Shown: positions 1 through 8,409 of the stretch, piece by piece
Numbering within the stretch: the stretch's first letter is position 1
How the letters are laid out: the number at the start of each line of letters is the position of its first letter
Source: a bacterium
GTDB taxonomy: Bacteria; Muiribacteriota; UBA6191
Length of the DNA: 21,963 nucleotides
Direction: 5' to 3'
Assembly (NCBI GenBank): GCA_036339875.1
Contig: JAYZAC010000055.1
Coordinates: 1-21,963 of the forward strand
Made by a program: the position numbers and the translations under genes
Notes under the pieces: model-generated
Seen by the model: the letters and a program-made list of their open reading frames with translations, nothing else
Told to the model about the DNA's origin: nothing
Databases searched by the model: none

Positions 1-831
1 CTCAGGAAGGGCTGCACGCCTGAAACTAGCCCTTTGAAGCCTTGGAAAAATTATTTTGTAGTCGGCACCTTTGTAGATTCTTGCATTTCCTTTATCAAAT
101 TCTGGATTTTCTAATTTTCGTTTTTTACTTTGAATTTTGGATAGGCTAATCGGACTGGGACTTGATTTTTGCATATTAGTGGCATCTTTTGTCCATTCAC
201 TTACATTACCAGCTAAGTGATAGATACCAAATTGTCCAAATTCCCAAACTGATTTTGGATTAGCGTCTGCGATTAAGTCGTTTTTATGCTTAGCGGGCAC
301 AGGCTTATCTTTGTTTATTGGGTATGAAATGTGAGAAATTTGAACTCCTCCTCGCTTCAAATCCACTAACTTGTTTCCCCAAGCATATTCTGTATTAATT
401 TTACCGCGAAGAGCATATTCCCATTGGGCTTCGGTAGGTAAATCTCCTCCTATCCAACTACAAAAGTTCTGCGCCTGAAACCATGTGATCATTGTTTGAG
501 GTAATGATGGGCTCGTTTCATAACTTGGTTGGTGAGAAATTTTTTCACAATAATTAGCTTCAATACATTTCTGATATTGAGCTCTACTTACTTCAAATTG
601 GTCCATTTTAAAGCTTGAAACTTTGACATCTAATAAAGGTTTTTCATATTCGGGTAATAAGGGACTATTTGTACCCATGAAAAAGTTTCCACTAGTGATT
701 TGTACCATAGAACCGCCGTCAATATTTCTGATTAATACCTGTGGGTTTGGCTCCGATGAGTTGGGGTTGGTGTGAATTGGAGAAAAGCTAATCAAATAAA
801 GCAAAGTTCCAACTACTTTAGAAAATTTCAT
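1..831 (-). CDS. FGE-sulfatase (SUMF1/formylglycine-generating enzyme fold) domain protein, probably exported; 3' end runs off the window
   Basis: Manual translation from ATG at 831: MKFSKVVGTLLYLISFSP...MVQITSGNFFMG...AQNFCSWIGGDLPTEAQWEYA...FGIYHLAGNVSEW...ARIYKGADY. Open to base 1. LPTEAxWEYA and GNVxEW are hallmark motifs of the family. Confidence 0.9.
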   Translation of the reverse strand, partial: MKFSKVVGTLLYLISFSPIHTNPNSSEPNPQVLIRNIDGGSMVQITSGNFFMGTNSPLLPEYEKPLLDVKVSSFKMDQFEVSRAQYQKCIEANYCEKISHQPSYETSPSLPQTMITWFQAQNFCSWIGGDLPTEAQWEYALRGKINTEYAWGNKLVDLKRGGVQISHISYPINKDKPVPAKHKNDLIADANPKSVWEFGQFGIYHLAGNVSEWTKDATNMQKSSPSPISLSKIQSKKRKLENPEFDKGNARIYKGADYKIIFPRLQRASFRRAALPE

Positions 832-932
832 GGGTCGGGATTATAGCATAGCTCAATAATACAAAATTATATGACTTTCTTTATATTTTGTAGTGATTTG
901 TCGATTAATACCAGGAGCTAAGGAGACGTTTG

Positions 933-1412
933 ATGAAATTTTTTTATTTATTTTTGAGCTTTTGTATTTTTGGTCAATGCTTTGCTGCAATCCATCATGA
1001 TAAAAAGGCATTAGTGCATTTTGAGATGGGTAACTATTTCCTACAAGGTGGTGATTGGGATAATGCAATAAAATATTACAATCAAGCTCGAGGAAAACTT
1101 GGGATGGAGCAACTGGAAGTTGTCCTTTGTCGTAATATGGCAAATGCCTTCATGATGAAAGAAGATAAGCTTAGTACGGAAAAACTATTGGGTTCCTGTA
1201 TTGCCAAGTTTGATTATAAAAAAATTCAGGAGTGGGCTTCTTTGCGAGAAATCTTTAAGGTATACGCCCAAATACAAGCAGACAGAGTTAATCCGGAAAT
1301 TTTAGATAAAAAACGGAAGGTAGCTAAAGCTCGTATGCAGGCTATTCAGAAAAATAGAAAACAGGTGCTGCCCCCTCGGAAATCCGATGGTCCAAAATTA
1401 GGTTTTAAGTGA
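933..1412 (+). CDS. Exported tetratricopeptide-repeat-like protein
   Basis: AGGAG at 921-925, ATG at 933. Signal-like N-terminus (MKFFYLFLSFCIFGQCFA). TPR-like stretch ALVHFEMGNYFLQGGDWDNAIKYYNQA. Basic C-terminus. Confidence 0.7.
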   Translation: MKFFYLFLSFCIFGQCFAAIHHDKKALVHFEMGNYFLQGGDWDNAIKYYNQARGKLGMEQLEVVLCRNMANAFMMKEDKLSTEKLLGSCIAKFDYKKIQEWASLREIFKVYAQIQADRVNPEILDKKRKVAKARMQAIQKNRKQVLPPRKSDGPKLGFK

Positions 1413-1999
1413 TGGCGTTTAATCTGCTTGATAGTTTTCATGAGGCCGAAAAATGTCTCGATGATTTTATGCATACTGATGGTCTATTGGATTCATTGGA
1501 ATTATCGGTACAACTTTTAATCAGATCGTTTGCGAAACGATGCCCTGTTTTAAGCTGTGGCAATGGAGGAAGTACTTGCGACGCCATGCATTTTGCCGAA
1601 GAATTTACTGGAAGGTATCGCAAAGATCGTACTGCATTACCCGCCATGGCAATAGCAGATCCATCACATTTAACTTGCGTGTCAAATGATTATGGTTTCG
1701 AACATGTTTTTTCACGTACTGTTGATGCGTTTGGGCAAGAAGACGGAGTTTTATTAGCTATTTCCACTAGTGGTAATTCAAAGAATGTTCTCGAAGCCGC
1801 TAAAGTAGCTCGGAATCGAAAAATGTCTGTAATAGGTCTTACAGGTAAGGGTGGAGGATTATTGGCTCCTTTGTGTGATGTCTGCTTCATTGCTCCTGGC
1901 TCTAATGCTGATAGGATACAGGAGATTCATATAAAGATTATTCATACTTTGATTGAAGGAGTGGAGCGAGAGCTCTTTCCTGAAAATTATCTTTCTTAA
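1412..1999 (+). CDS. gmhA: D-sedoheptulose-7-phosphate isomerase (SIS domain)
   Basis: Motifs CGNGGS, DAMHFAEE, NDYG, ISTSGNSKNV, ADRIQEIH. ATG overlaps the upstream stop (TGATG). Confidence 0.96.
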   Translation: MAFNLLDSFHEAEKCLDDFMHTDGLLDSLELSVQLLIRSFAKRCPVLSCGNGGSTCDAMHFAEEFTGRYRKDRTALPAMAIADPSHLTCVSNDYGFEHVFSRTVDAFGQEDGVLLAISTSGNSKNVLEAAKVARNRKMSVIGLTGKGGGLLAPLCDVCFIAPGSNADRIQEIHIKIIHTLIEGVERELFPENYLS

Positions 2000-2056
2000 C
2001 AAGTGTCTTTAAGTACCTGTTAGATTGTAGGTTTTACATAATATTATGTTTTTTAT

Positions 2057-2079
2057 TCAGCTATTAGAGCTGATTTATT
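2057..2079 (+). terminator. Possible weak intrinsic terminator after gmhA
   Basis: TCAGCT-ATTAG-AGCTGA hairpin followed by TTTATT. Confidence 0.3.
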
Positions 2080-2177
2080 ACCTATTCTGTAGAATTTGAG
2101 TGATTTTTTAGTCTCCGTAGACTCAACTTGAAAGGATATGATTGAGCCTTTGTTAGTTTATAGCTTACAATTAGAGA

Positions 2178-3194
2178 GTGACTACTGATAAATCCGCATT
2201 TACTTTTTTTTCCATGATCAAGAAAGGTAATTTATTGCGCGCTGACCGGCCACTTGAACCAGATAAAAATCCACCTTTTGTACCATGGGGTTCTAATCTA
2301 ATTCCTCACTATTTATCTACTTGCGGAGCACCTCAGAAAGCAAGTAATACAAATTTGGTCCGTTCTCAGAATTTATCGACAGTCAATAATTCAAGTGATA
2401 CTGCATTAAAATCAAATGAGGAAACTGTATTTTCAAAGCCTCTTGAATTGGAAGCAGTGACAAATTCTCCATCAGAGTTAGGGAATTCAGAGGAATTCAA
2501 TCGGGTTGAATTTTCTAAAACTCTGGATCAAATAGATACTGGACATTTATCAGAAGTTACTGATTTCAATAATTCATGGATTCGATGGAAAGGATTTTTA
2601 AAAGCACTCAAGCGAAAAGTATTCGATAACCCGTCAGACAATATCGGAAAGCTTAATACTTGGAAGGAATTGTTTTATTCGAAAGCATTATTGTATGCAC
2701 TTACTATGAATGAAAATTCTCAGAAAGAAATCCGAAAGTACTCTAGTGCTTCTTTTAATCAGCTATTAAGTCATAATAATTCACTATTTGAAGCATTCAG
2801 TGGTTCGAGTATGATACTCAGAAAACAAGTGTATCAGTTTCTTCAAAATATACTGATCTGCTTGTGTGTATACGAAGTCATAGAGATCCATTCAAATGTT
2901 TTGAAATTAGAGGGATCTGCAGCAGCTGGTTTGTGTCCAGATAAAAAAGACTTTATCACAAAGCACGTTAAGCAGGGTTGGAGTGAATTGTTCTCGGAGG
3001 AAAATAATGAAATCGTTGAATTCACAAATTTTTTGATTAAAGAAATACCTGAGGATTTCATAGAGTCGGTAAAATTCAACCGCGAGCAATTACTCGTGAA
3101 GTTTAATCTCAAATTACATTCTCGTGAGAATCGTTTCATTATACAAGGCTCTACTGATAGACTAGACAATCTCCAGGTTTCAAAAATAAATTAA
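2178..3194 (+). CDS. Hypothetical protein (338 aa), start uncertain
   Basis: Long ORF in AT-rich DNA. S/N/E-rich N-terminal third, then a helical-looking region. Ends 12 bp before the next gene. No family recognised. Confidence 0.7.
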   Translation: MTTDKSAFTFFSMIKKGNLLRADRPLEPDKNPPFVPWGSNLIPHYLSTCGAPQKASNTNLVRSQNLSTVNNSSDTALKSNEETVFSKPLELEAVTNSPSELGNSEEFNRVEFSKTLDQIDTGHLSEVTDFNNSWIRWKGFLKALKRKVFDNPSDNIGKLNTWKELFYSKALLYALTMNENSQKEIRKYSSASFNQLLSHNNSLFEAFSGSSMILRKQVYQFLQNILICLCVYEVIEIHSNVLKLEGSAAAGLCPDKKDFITKHVKQGWSELFSEENNEIVEFTNFLIKEIPEDFIESVKFNREQLLVKFNLKLHSRENRFIIQGSTDRLDNLQVSKIN

Positions 3195-3206
3195 TAGCGG
3201 TGTATC

Positions 3207-3932
3207 ATGTTCAAAAATCCTCATAAAGAGTCAGCAAAAGTTGAACCTGACTTATCAGTAGAAAATTATTTTAATCTCGAAGGTTTTCCATTTCTTGAGT
3301 TGTTCCATGATGTTGAAAGATGTTTTGAAGTTCTTGGTACTCCTTTAAAAAATTTTTGTAGAAACTTTAAGGGGCGGATCATCGAAGGCAGAGTTATGGA
3401 CGGTGCTATCCTTGAGGGAGATGGTATTTTTATCGCAAAAGGCGCTGTAGTTGAACCAACGGCGTATATTAAAGGGCCCGCTATCATTGGTCAGAATACA
3501 GAAATTAGGCATGGGGCATATTTACGTGGTAATGTCGTTGCAGGCTCGAATTGTGTAATTGGACACGCTACGGAAGTTAAAAATTCTATATTCTTGAATG
3601 GTGCAAAGGCGGGACACTTTGCTTATGTAGGTGATTCAGTTTTAGGATCAATGGTGAATCTAGGGGCTGGAACAAAGTTAGCTAACTTAAAGATAGTTGT
3701 GGGTGATGTCATATTACGTGTTGATGGTCTTAAAATGCCTAGTGGCTATCGAAAGTTAGGTGCTATTCTAGGCGATGGCTGCGAATTAGGTTGTAATGCT
3801 GTAACTTCTCCTGGAACTATTTTGGCCCCTGGTAGTATGGTCTATCCAGCTGTCGGTATTCGTGGTGCTTACACCCAGAAACGTATATTTAGGGAATCTA
3901 ATATGCTCAGAAATACCGGCCAATCGAGTTGA
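3207..3932 (+). CDS. Left-handed beta-helix acetyltransferase resembling the C-terminal domain of archaeal-type GlmU (putative glucosamine-1-phosphate N-acetyltransferase)
   Basis: Hexapeptide repeats. Motifs IKGPAIIG, EIRHGAYLRG, EVKNS, HFAYVGDSVLG, NLGAGT, RKLGAILGD. No nucleotidyltransferase domain. Confidence 0.85.
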   Translation: MFKNPHKESAKVEPDLSVENYFNLEGFPFLELFHDVERCFEVLGTPLKNFCRNFKGRIIEGRVMDGAILEGDGIFIAKGAVVEPTAYIKGPAIIGQNTEIRHGAYLRGNVVAGSNCVIGHATEVKNSIFLNGAKAGHFAYVGDSVLGSMVNLGAGTKLANLKIVVGDVILRVDGLKMPSGYRKLGAILGDGCELGCNAVTSPGTILAPGSMVYPAVGIRGAYTQKRIFRESNMLRNTGQSS

Positions 3933-3993
3933 TTTATCGCAATAAATTAGGTTTTACTTTGCTTAGAAATCTCAAATTCAATCGGTGTAACCC

Positions 3994-4022
3994 TTGCCAT
4001 TGAATCGGTATATTATTATCCT
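3994..4022 (+). promoter_or_regulatory. Candidate sigma70 promoter for the 102-aa gene
   Basis: TTGCCA-N17-TATCCT. A second candidate, TTGTCA-N16-TAGAAC (4103-4130), follows long T tracts. Confidence 0.4.
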
Positions 4023-4191
4023 TACAAAAAGATACAGAAATGTAAGTTTTTTGTGCGATAACTGATTACTTTAATTTTTTTTATTTTTTTTTCATTTAGG
4101 GGTTGTCAATTTCTAAAGTTTTAGTAGAACTAGATTGCCGGATCAGGTGTACATAATATAGATTAACCCGTTCAGATCTTGGAGGATCGAC

Positions 4192-4500
4192 ATGGCAGGT
4201 ATAACTGCAAGACACAATAAATATGGAATGACTGTTGTAAGCCGCGGTAGAAACTTAGAACAATATAATCAGTCGTGTGAATCCCTAGATGTGTTAGACC
4301 TCGATTTTGATGAGTTATTTATTTCGGTTTCTGACTTTAATGAAGCAGACATCGATGTACAAGGCAATCTTATTTTGGAACATTTTGTTGATGATCAAAT
4401 GTTAGCTGAAGAGGGGATACCTTTAACTTGTGAAGATATGAGAAATATTTTCAATACAAGATCTATTCTGAATAATCAGGAAAATTTGAAAGCCGGCTAA
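4192..4500 (+). CDS. Small acidic hypothetical protein (102 aa)
   Basis: Strong RBS GGAGG before ATG. 19 D/E versus 7 K/R. Followed by a terminator-like hairpin. Confidence 0.8.
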   Translation: MAGITARHNKYGMTVVSRGRNLEQYNQSCESLDVLDLDFDELFISVSDFNEADIDVQGNLILEHFVDDQMLAEEGIPLTCEDMRNIFNTRSILNNQENLKAG

Positions 4501-4551
4501 TCAATATAATTATTTAAAAATATTTCACCAGTTTCACACTTCTGGTATTTT

Positions 4552-4576
4552 AAGGCCCCTTCCTCGGGTCTTTTTT
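4552..4576 (+). terminator. Intrinsic terminator or attenuator between the 102-aa gene and fabF
   Basis: AGGCCC-CTTCCTC-GGGTCT stem-loop running into a T tract. Confidence 0.65.
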
Positions 4577-4604
4577 GTTTTTCATCACGAGTAGGAGTGG
4601 AATT

Positions 4605-5834
4605 ATGGGCGTTGTAATAACCGGTATGGGCATGCAGACCGCCTTCGGGACAGAGTCATCTGAAGTATTTGATAGATTGTGTTCTGGAGAGAATGCAGTC
4701 ACTAAAATAGATGGCTTTGATTGCAGTGAACTGCCGGTTCAATTTGCTGGAGAGATTAAGGATTTTGATCCGATGCCAGTAATGAAAAATTCTAAAAAGG
4801 TTAGACAAACAGCTAGATTCATACAATATGGTTATGTGGCATGCCACAAAGCACTTGAACGGGCGGGTCTATTGAACTTCGACGGGTCCAAAGATAGGGT
4901 AGGAATGCTTTTAGGCTCTGGTATGGGGGGCATCGATGTTTTTGAGGAAAACGTTATTAAGACGATAAAGCGTGGTCCAAGAAGGCAAAGTCCATTTTTT
5001 ATTCCGATGACTATAACAAATATGCTTCCGGGATTTTTAGCTGTAGAATTCGGATTTGAGGGACCTAATTATTCTATTTCTACTGCATGTGCAACTGCCA
5101 ATCATTGCTTGATTGAAGGTGCGCATATGATTGATCGAGGGGAAGCCGATATTATGATTGTCGGAGGCTCAGAATTTCCAGTTAATCTGTCGGGTATGGG
5201 CGGTTTCTGTGCCTTAAAAGCCTTATCTACAAGAGAAGACTATAAAACAGCATCACGTCCATGGGATGTAGATCGGGATGGTTTTGTGGTAGGAGAAGGT
5301 GCTGCGGTACTCATACTGGAGCGTGAAGCTCACGCTCGGGCAAGGGGAGTAGAAATTTTAGCTCGGTATGTAAGTGGTACAATGGGTTGCGATGCTCATC
5401 ATATTACGGCGCCTCATGAAGAGGGCAGAGGAGCTGCTAAGGCCATGGAAAGAGCTTTAGTTAAATCCAAGTTAAGACCAACGGATATTGATTACATCAA
5501 TGCGCATGGTACATCGACGCAGCAGGGAGATGTTGCTGAGATTAAAGCTATCCGAAAGGTGTTTGGTACAGCAGCGGATGATTTAGTATTGAATTCGACA
5601 AAAAGTATGCTGGGACATGGCTTGGGAGCAGCTGCTGCTATAGAGGCTTGTGTGGTTATAGAAAGTCTGAGACAAGGAAGAATTCATCCGACCATAAACA
5701 TAGAAAATCAAGACCCCCAATGTGACTTAAACGTGAACCCCGGTGGTGAATTAAAGAAACCAATCCAGTTAGCGATGTCTAATTCCTTCGGATTTGGTGG
5801 TCATAATAGTACAGTAATTCTGGGTCGCTATTAA
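4605..5834 (+). CDS. fabF: 3-oxoacyl-ACP synthase II (beta-ketoacyl-ACP synthase)
   Basis: AGGAG RBS then ATG at 4605 (MGVVITGMG). Catalytic Cys-His-His motifs STACAT, INAHGTST, KSMLGH. C-terminal SNSFGFGGHN. Confidence 0.95.
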   Translation: MGVVITGMGMQTAFGTESSEVFDRLCSGENAVTKIDGFDCSELPVQFAGEIKDFDPMPVMKNSKKVRQTARFIQYGYVACHKALERAGLLNFDGSKDRVGMLLGSGMGGIDVFEENVIKTIKRGPRRQSPFFIPMTITNMLPGFLAVEFGFEGPNYSISTACATANHCLIEGAHMIDRGEADIMIVGGSEFPVNLSGMGGFCALKALSTREDYKTASRPWDVDRDGFVVGEGAAVLILEREAHARARGVEILARYVSGTMGCDAHHITAPHEEGRGAAKAMERALVKSKLRPTDIDYINAHGTSTQQGDVAEIKAIRKVFGTAADDLVLNSTKSMLGHGLGAAAAIEACVVIESLRQGRIHPTINIENQDPQCDLNVNPGGELKKPIQLAMSNSFGFGGHNSTVILGRY

Positions 5835-5894
5835 TAATGTTGTATTCAAAAGCACCAAGGTACCAAAAGCTAAATAGCTCCTTTTTTATTTTTT

Positions 5895-5932
5895 CAGACA
5901 AAGCTTCATAGATTAAGCTATAATGTCGCCGC
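5895..5932 (+). promoter_or_regulatory. Candidate sigma70 promoter of gap
   Basis: CAGACA-N18-TATAAT (5919-5924), then a GC-rich stretch GTCGCCGC. T tract upstream. Confidence 0.5.
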
Positions 5933-5951
5933 TTTTTTAGTTATTTAATAA

Positions 5952-6980
<1,029 letters not shown>

Positions 6981-6989
6981 GAGAGGTCT

Positions 6990-7115
6990 ATGGGAATAGA
7001 AACAGGGATATTCTTCAAACTTGGTATGGCTGTTGGCGCTTTTTTGATGCTTGTATTTATGATATTTGTTTTCGGTATATTAGATATAAATCGCGAGTTT
7101 GGTGATTTGGATTAA
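6990..7115 (+). CDS. Small single-pass membrane protein, 41 aa (below the ORF-track cutoff)
   Basis: RBS GGAGAGG overlapping the gap stop. Translation MGIETGIFFKLGMAVGAFLMLVFMIFVFGILDINREFGDLD has one uninterrupted 21-residue hydrophobic segment. Confidence 0.7.
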   Translation: MGIETGIFFKLGMAVGAFLMLVFMIFVFGILDINREFGDLD

Positions 7116-7148
7116 AGTATAGATGAACTAATTTAATAATAAATTGCT

Positions 7149-7667
7149 TCAGTAATCTGTACGGTGAATGAAAGTTGAACCTCTTCCTTTCTCGGTTTGC
7201 AGATACAATTTGAATTCGGGTATCAGTACCTCATTATGTATTTTGAACCACTGATATCTGAGTCGATTTTGGGCCCTAGTACTCAAACCATCCCAAAACT
7301 TACCTGGGTACATTTGATTTTCTGAATGGTTTGACGCATATATAGATTCTAAATCTGAAGCTACCAGTAAGTATTTTTGCTCCCACCAACTTAGAAAATG
7401 AACTACCTCGCTGGACTTCATTCGCCCAATTAAGCGAAAGTTGCTTTCTTCTCGGCTAATCAGATGATTTTTAACTTGTAAAAAACTATAAGCAAAAGGA
7501 TCAAATGGTTTCTTCACAATTTCTTGAGGTTCTACCAGACTTTTTGGCTCGGGCTTAGTCTTACGACTTTTGTAAAAAGGTTTAAGAAAAAGTGGTATTT
7601 CCTCTGAGATGCAAGGCGGTGTTAGTATTGAGCAGCTAACAAGAGTAATAATAATATATTTTCTCAT
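7149..7667 (-). CDS. Hypothetical exported protein (~172 aa)
   Basis: Likely start MRKYIIITLVSCSILT (signal-like) at 7667, which avoids overlap with the divergent gene. K/P-rich linker, then a Trp-rich domain. Confidence 0.65.
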   Translation of the reverse strand: MRKYIIITLVSCSILTPPCISEEIPLFLKPFYKSRKTKPEPKSLVEPQEIVKKPFDPFAYSFLQVKNHLISREESNFRLIGRMKSSEVVHFLSWWEQKYLLVASDLESIYASNHSENQMYPGKFWDGLSTRAQNRLRYQWFKIHNEVLIPEFKLYLQTEKGRGSTFIHRTDY

Positions 7668-7681
7668 AGGAAGTTTATCGA

Positions 7682-8407
7682 GTGAGTTCATTAAAGCCAT
7701 TAGAGAGCTGGTTGGTTTTTTTTAATCCGGCAAATCTAGATAGCCTAGATGTTTTCGATTTAAAGACTCATTTAACGGGTGAAACTGAACTTTTCGGTTT
7801 AGCTCTAGATGGAGGCATTTCACGAGCTAAACAGTTGAATTTATCTGTGCATTGGCATATAGGTGATTTCGATTCATCTAGTGTTCCGGAAAACTTAATT
7901 GCTGATACATTGAGCTGGAAGTATTTAGCAAAACTTGCAATGACTGATCCTGATCCATTGTCCACAACAAGATATGCATTAAGGCCGGATAAGGATTTTC
8001 TTGATGGTGAAGTGGCCTTGGAACTTTTAAGATTTCGAAGAATTCAAACTATTGTATTTTTTGATTATTGGCAGGGGCGATGGGATTTTAGTTTACTCCA
8101 TTTTATGTGGCTTTTTGACAATGACTGGTTATTGAATAAATTAACAATTTTGATTCCGAACGGATATTGTAAGTTCGTGAGTGGTTCGCAGTCATTTTCA
8201 GATGTTAAAGGGTCTAATTTTTCTATACTTCCATTGGACCCGATGCATGATGTGGAATTGACTGGAAGTCAGTATAGTGGAGAATCTTATAGCTTCATTC
8301 CAGGTAAGGGCCATTCCTTGAGTAATAAGTTTGATTGTAATGAGGTGACCATAAATATGAGTGATCAGTCACGTTATTTGTTTTTTGTATTCAATAATGG
8401 AGTTTGA
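7682..8407 (+). CDS. thiN: Thiamine pyrophosphokinase-like protein (divergent)
   Basis: Motifs LDGG, IGDFDS, DKDFLD, GRWD in the expected order. C-terminal beta domain (FSILP...LTG..Y...SLSN). Confidence 0.8.
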   Translation: MSSLKPLESWLVFFNPANLDSLDVFDLKTHLTGETELFGLALDGGISRAKQLNLSVHWHIGDFDSSSVPENLIADTLSWKYLAKLAMTDPDPLSTTRYALRPDKDFLDGEVALELLRFRRIQTIVFFDYWQGRWDFSLLHFMWLFDNDWLLNKLTILIPNGYCKFVSGSQSFSDVKGSNFSILPLDPMHDVELTGSQYSGESYSFIPGKGHSLSNKFDCNEVTINMSDQSRYLFFVFNNGV

Positions 8408-8409
8408 CA

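Noticed and set aside
4575..4604. ORF-track TTG start for fabF
   Set aside because: It lies in the terminator T tract; the ATG at 4605 has an AGGAG RBS and gives the canonical N-terminus. The track starts at 11513, 16895 and 21876 were revised on similar grounds.
6990..7115. secG or secE call for the small ORF after gap
   Set aside because: Too short for SecG, which has two TM segments, and it lacks the SecE conserved motif (KVxWP).
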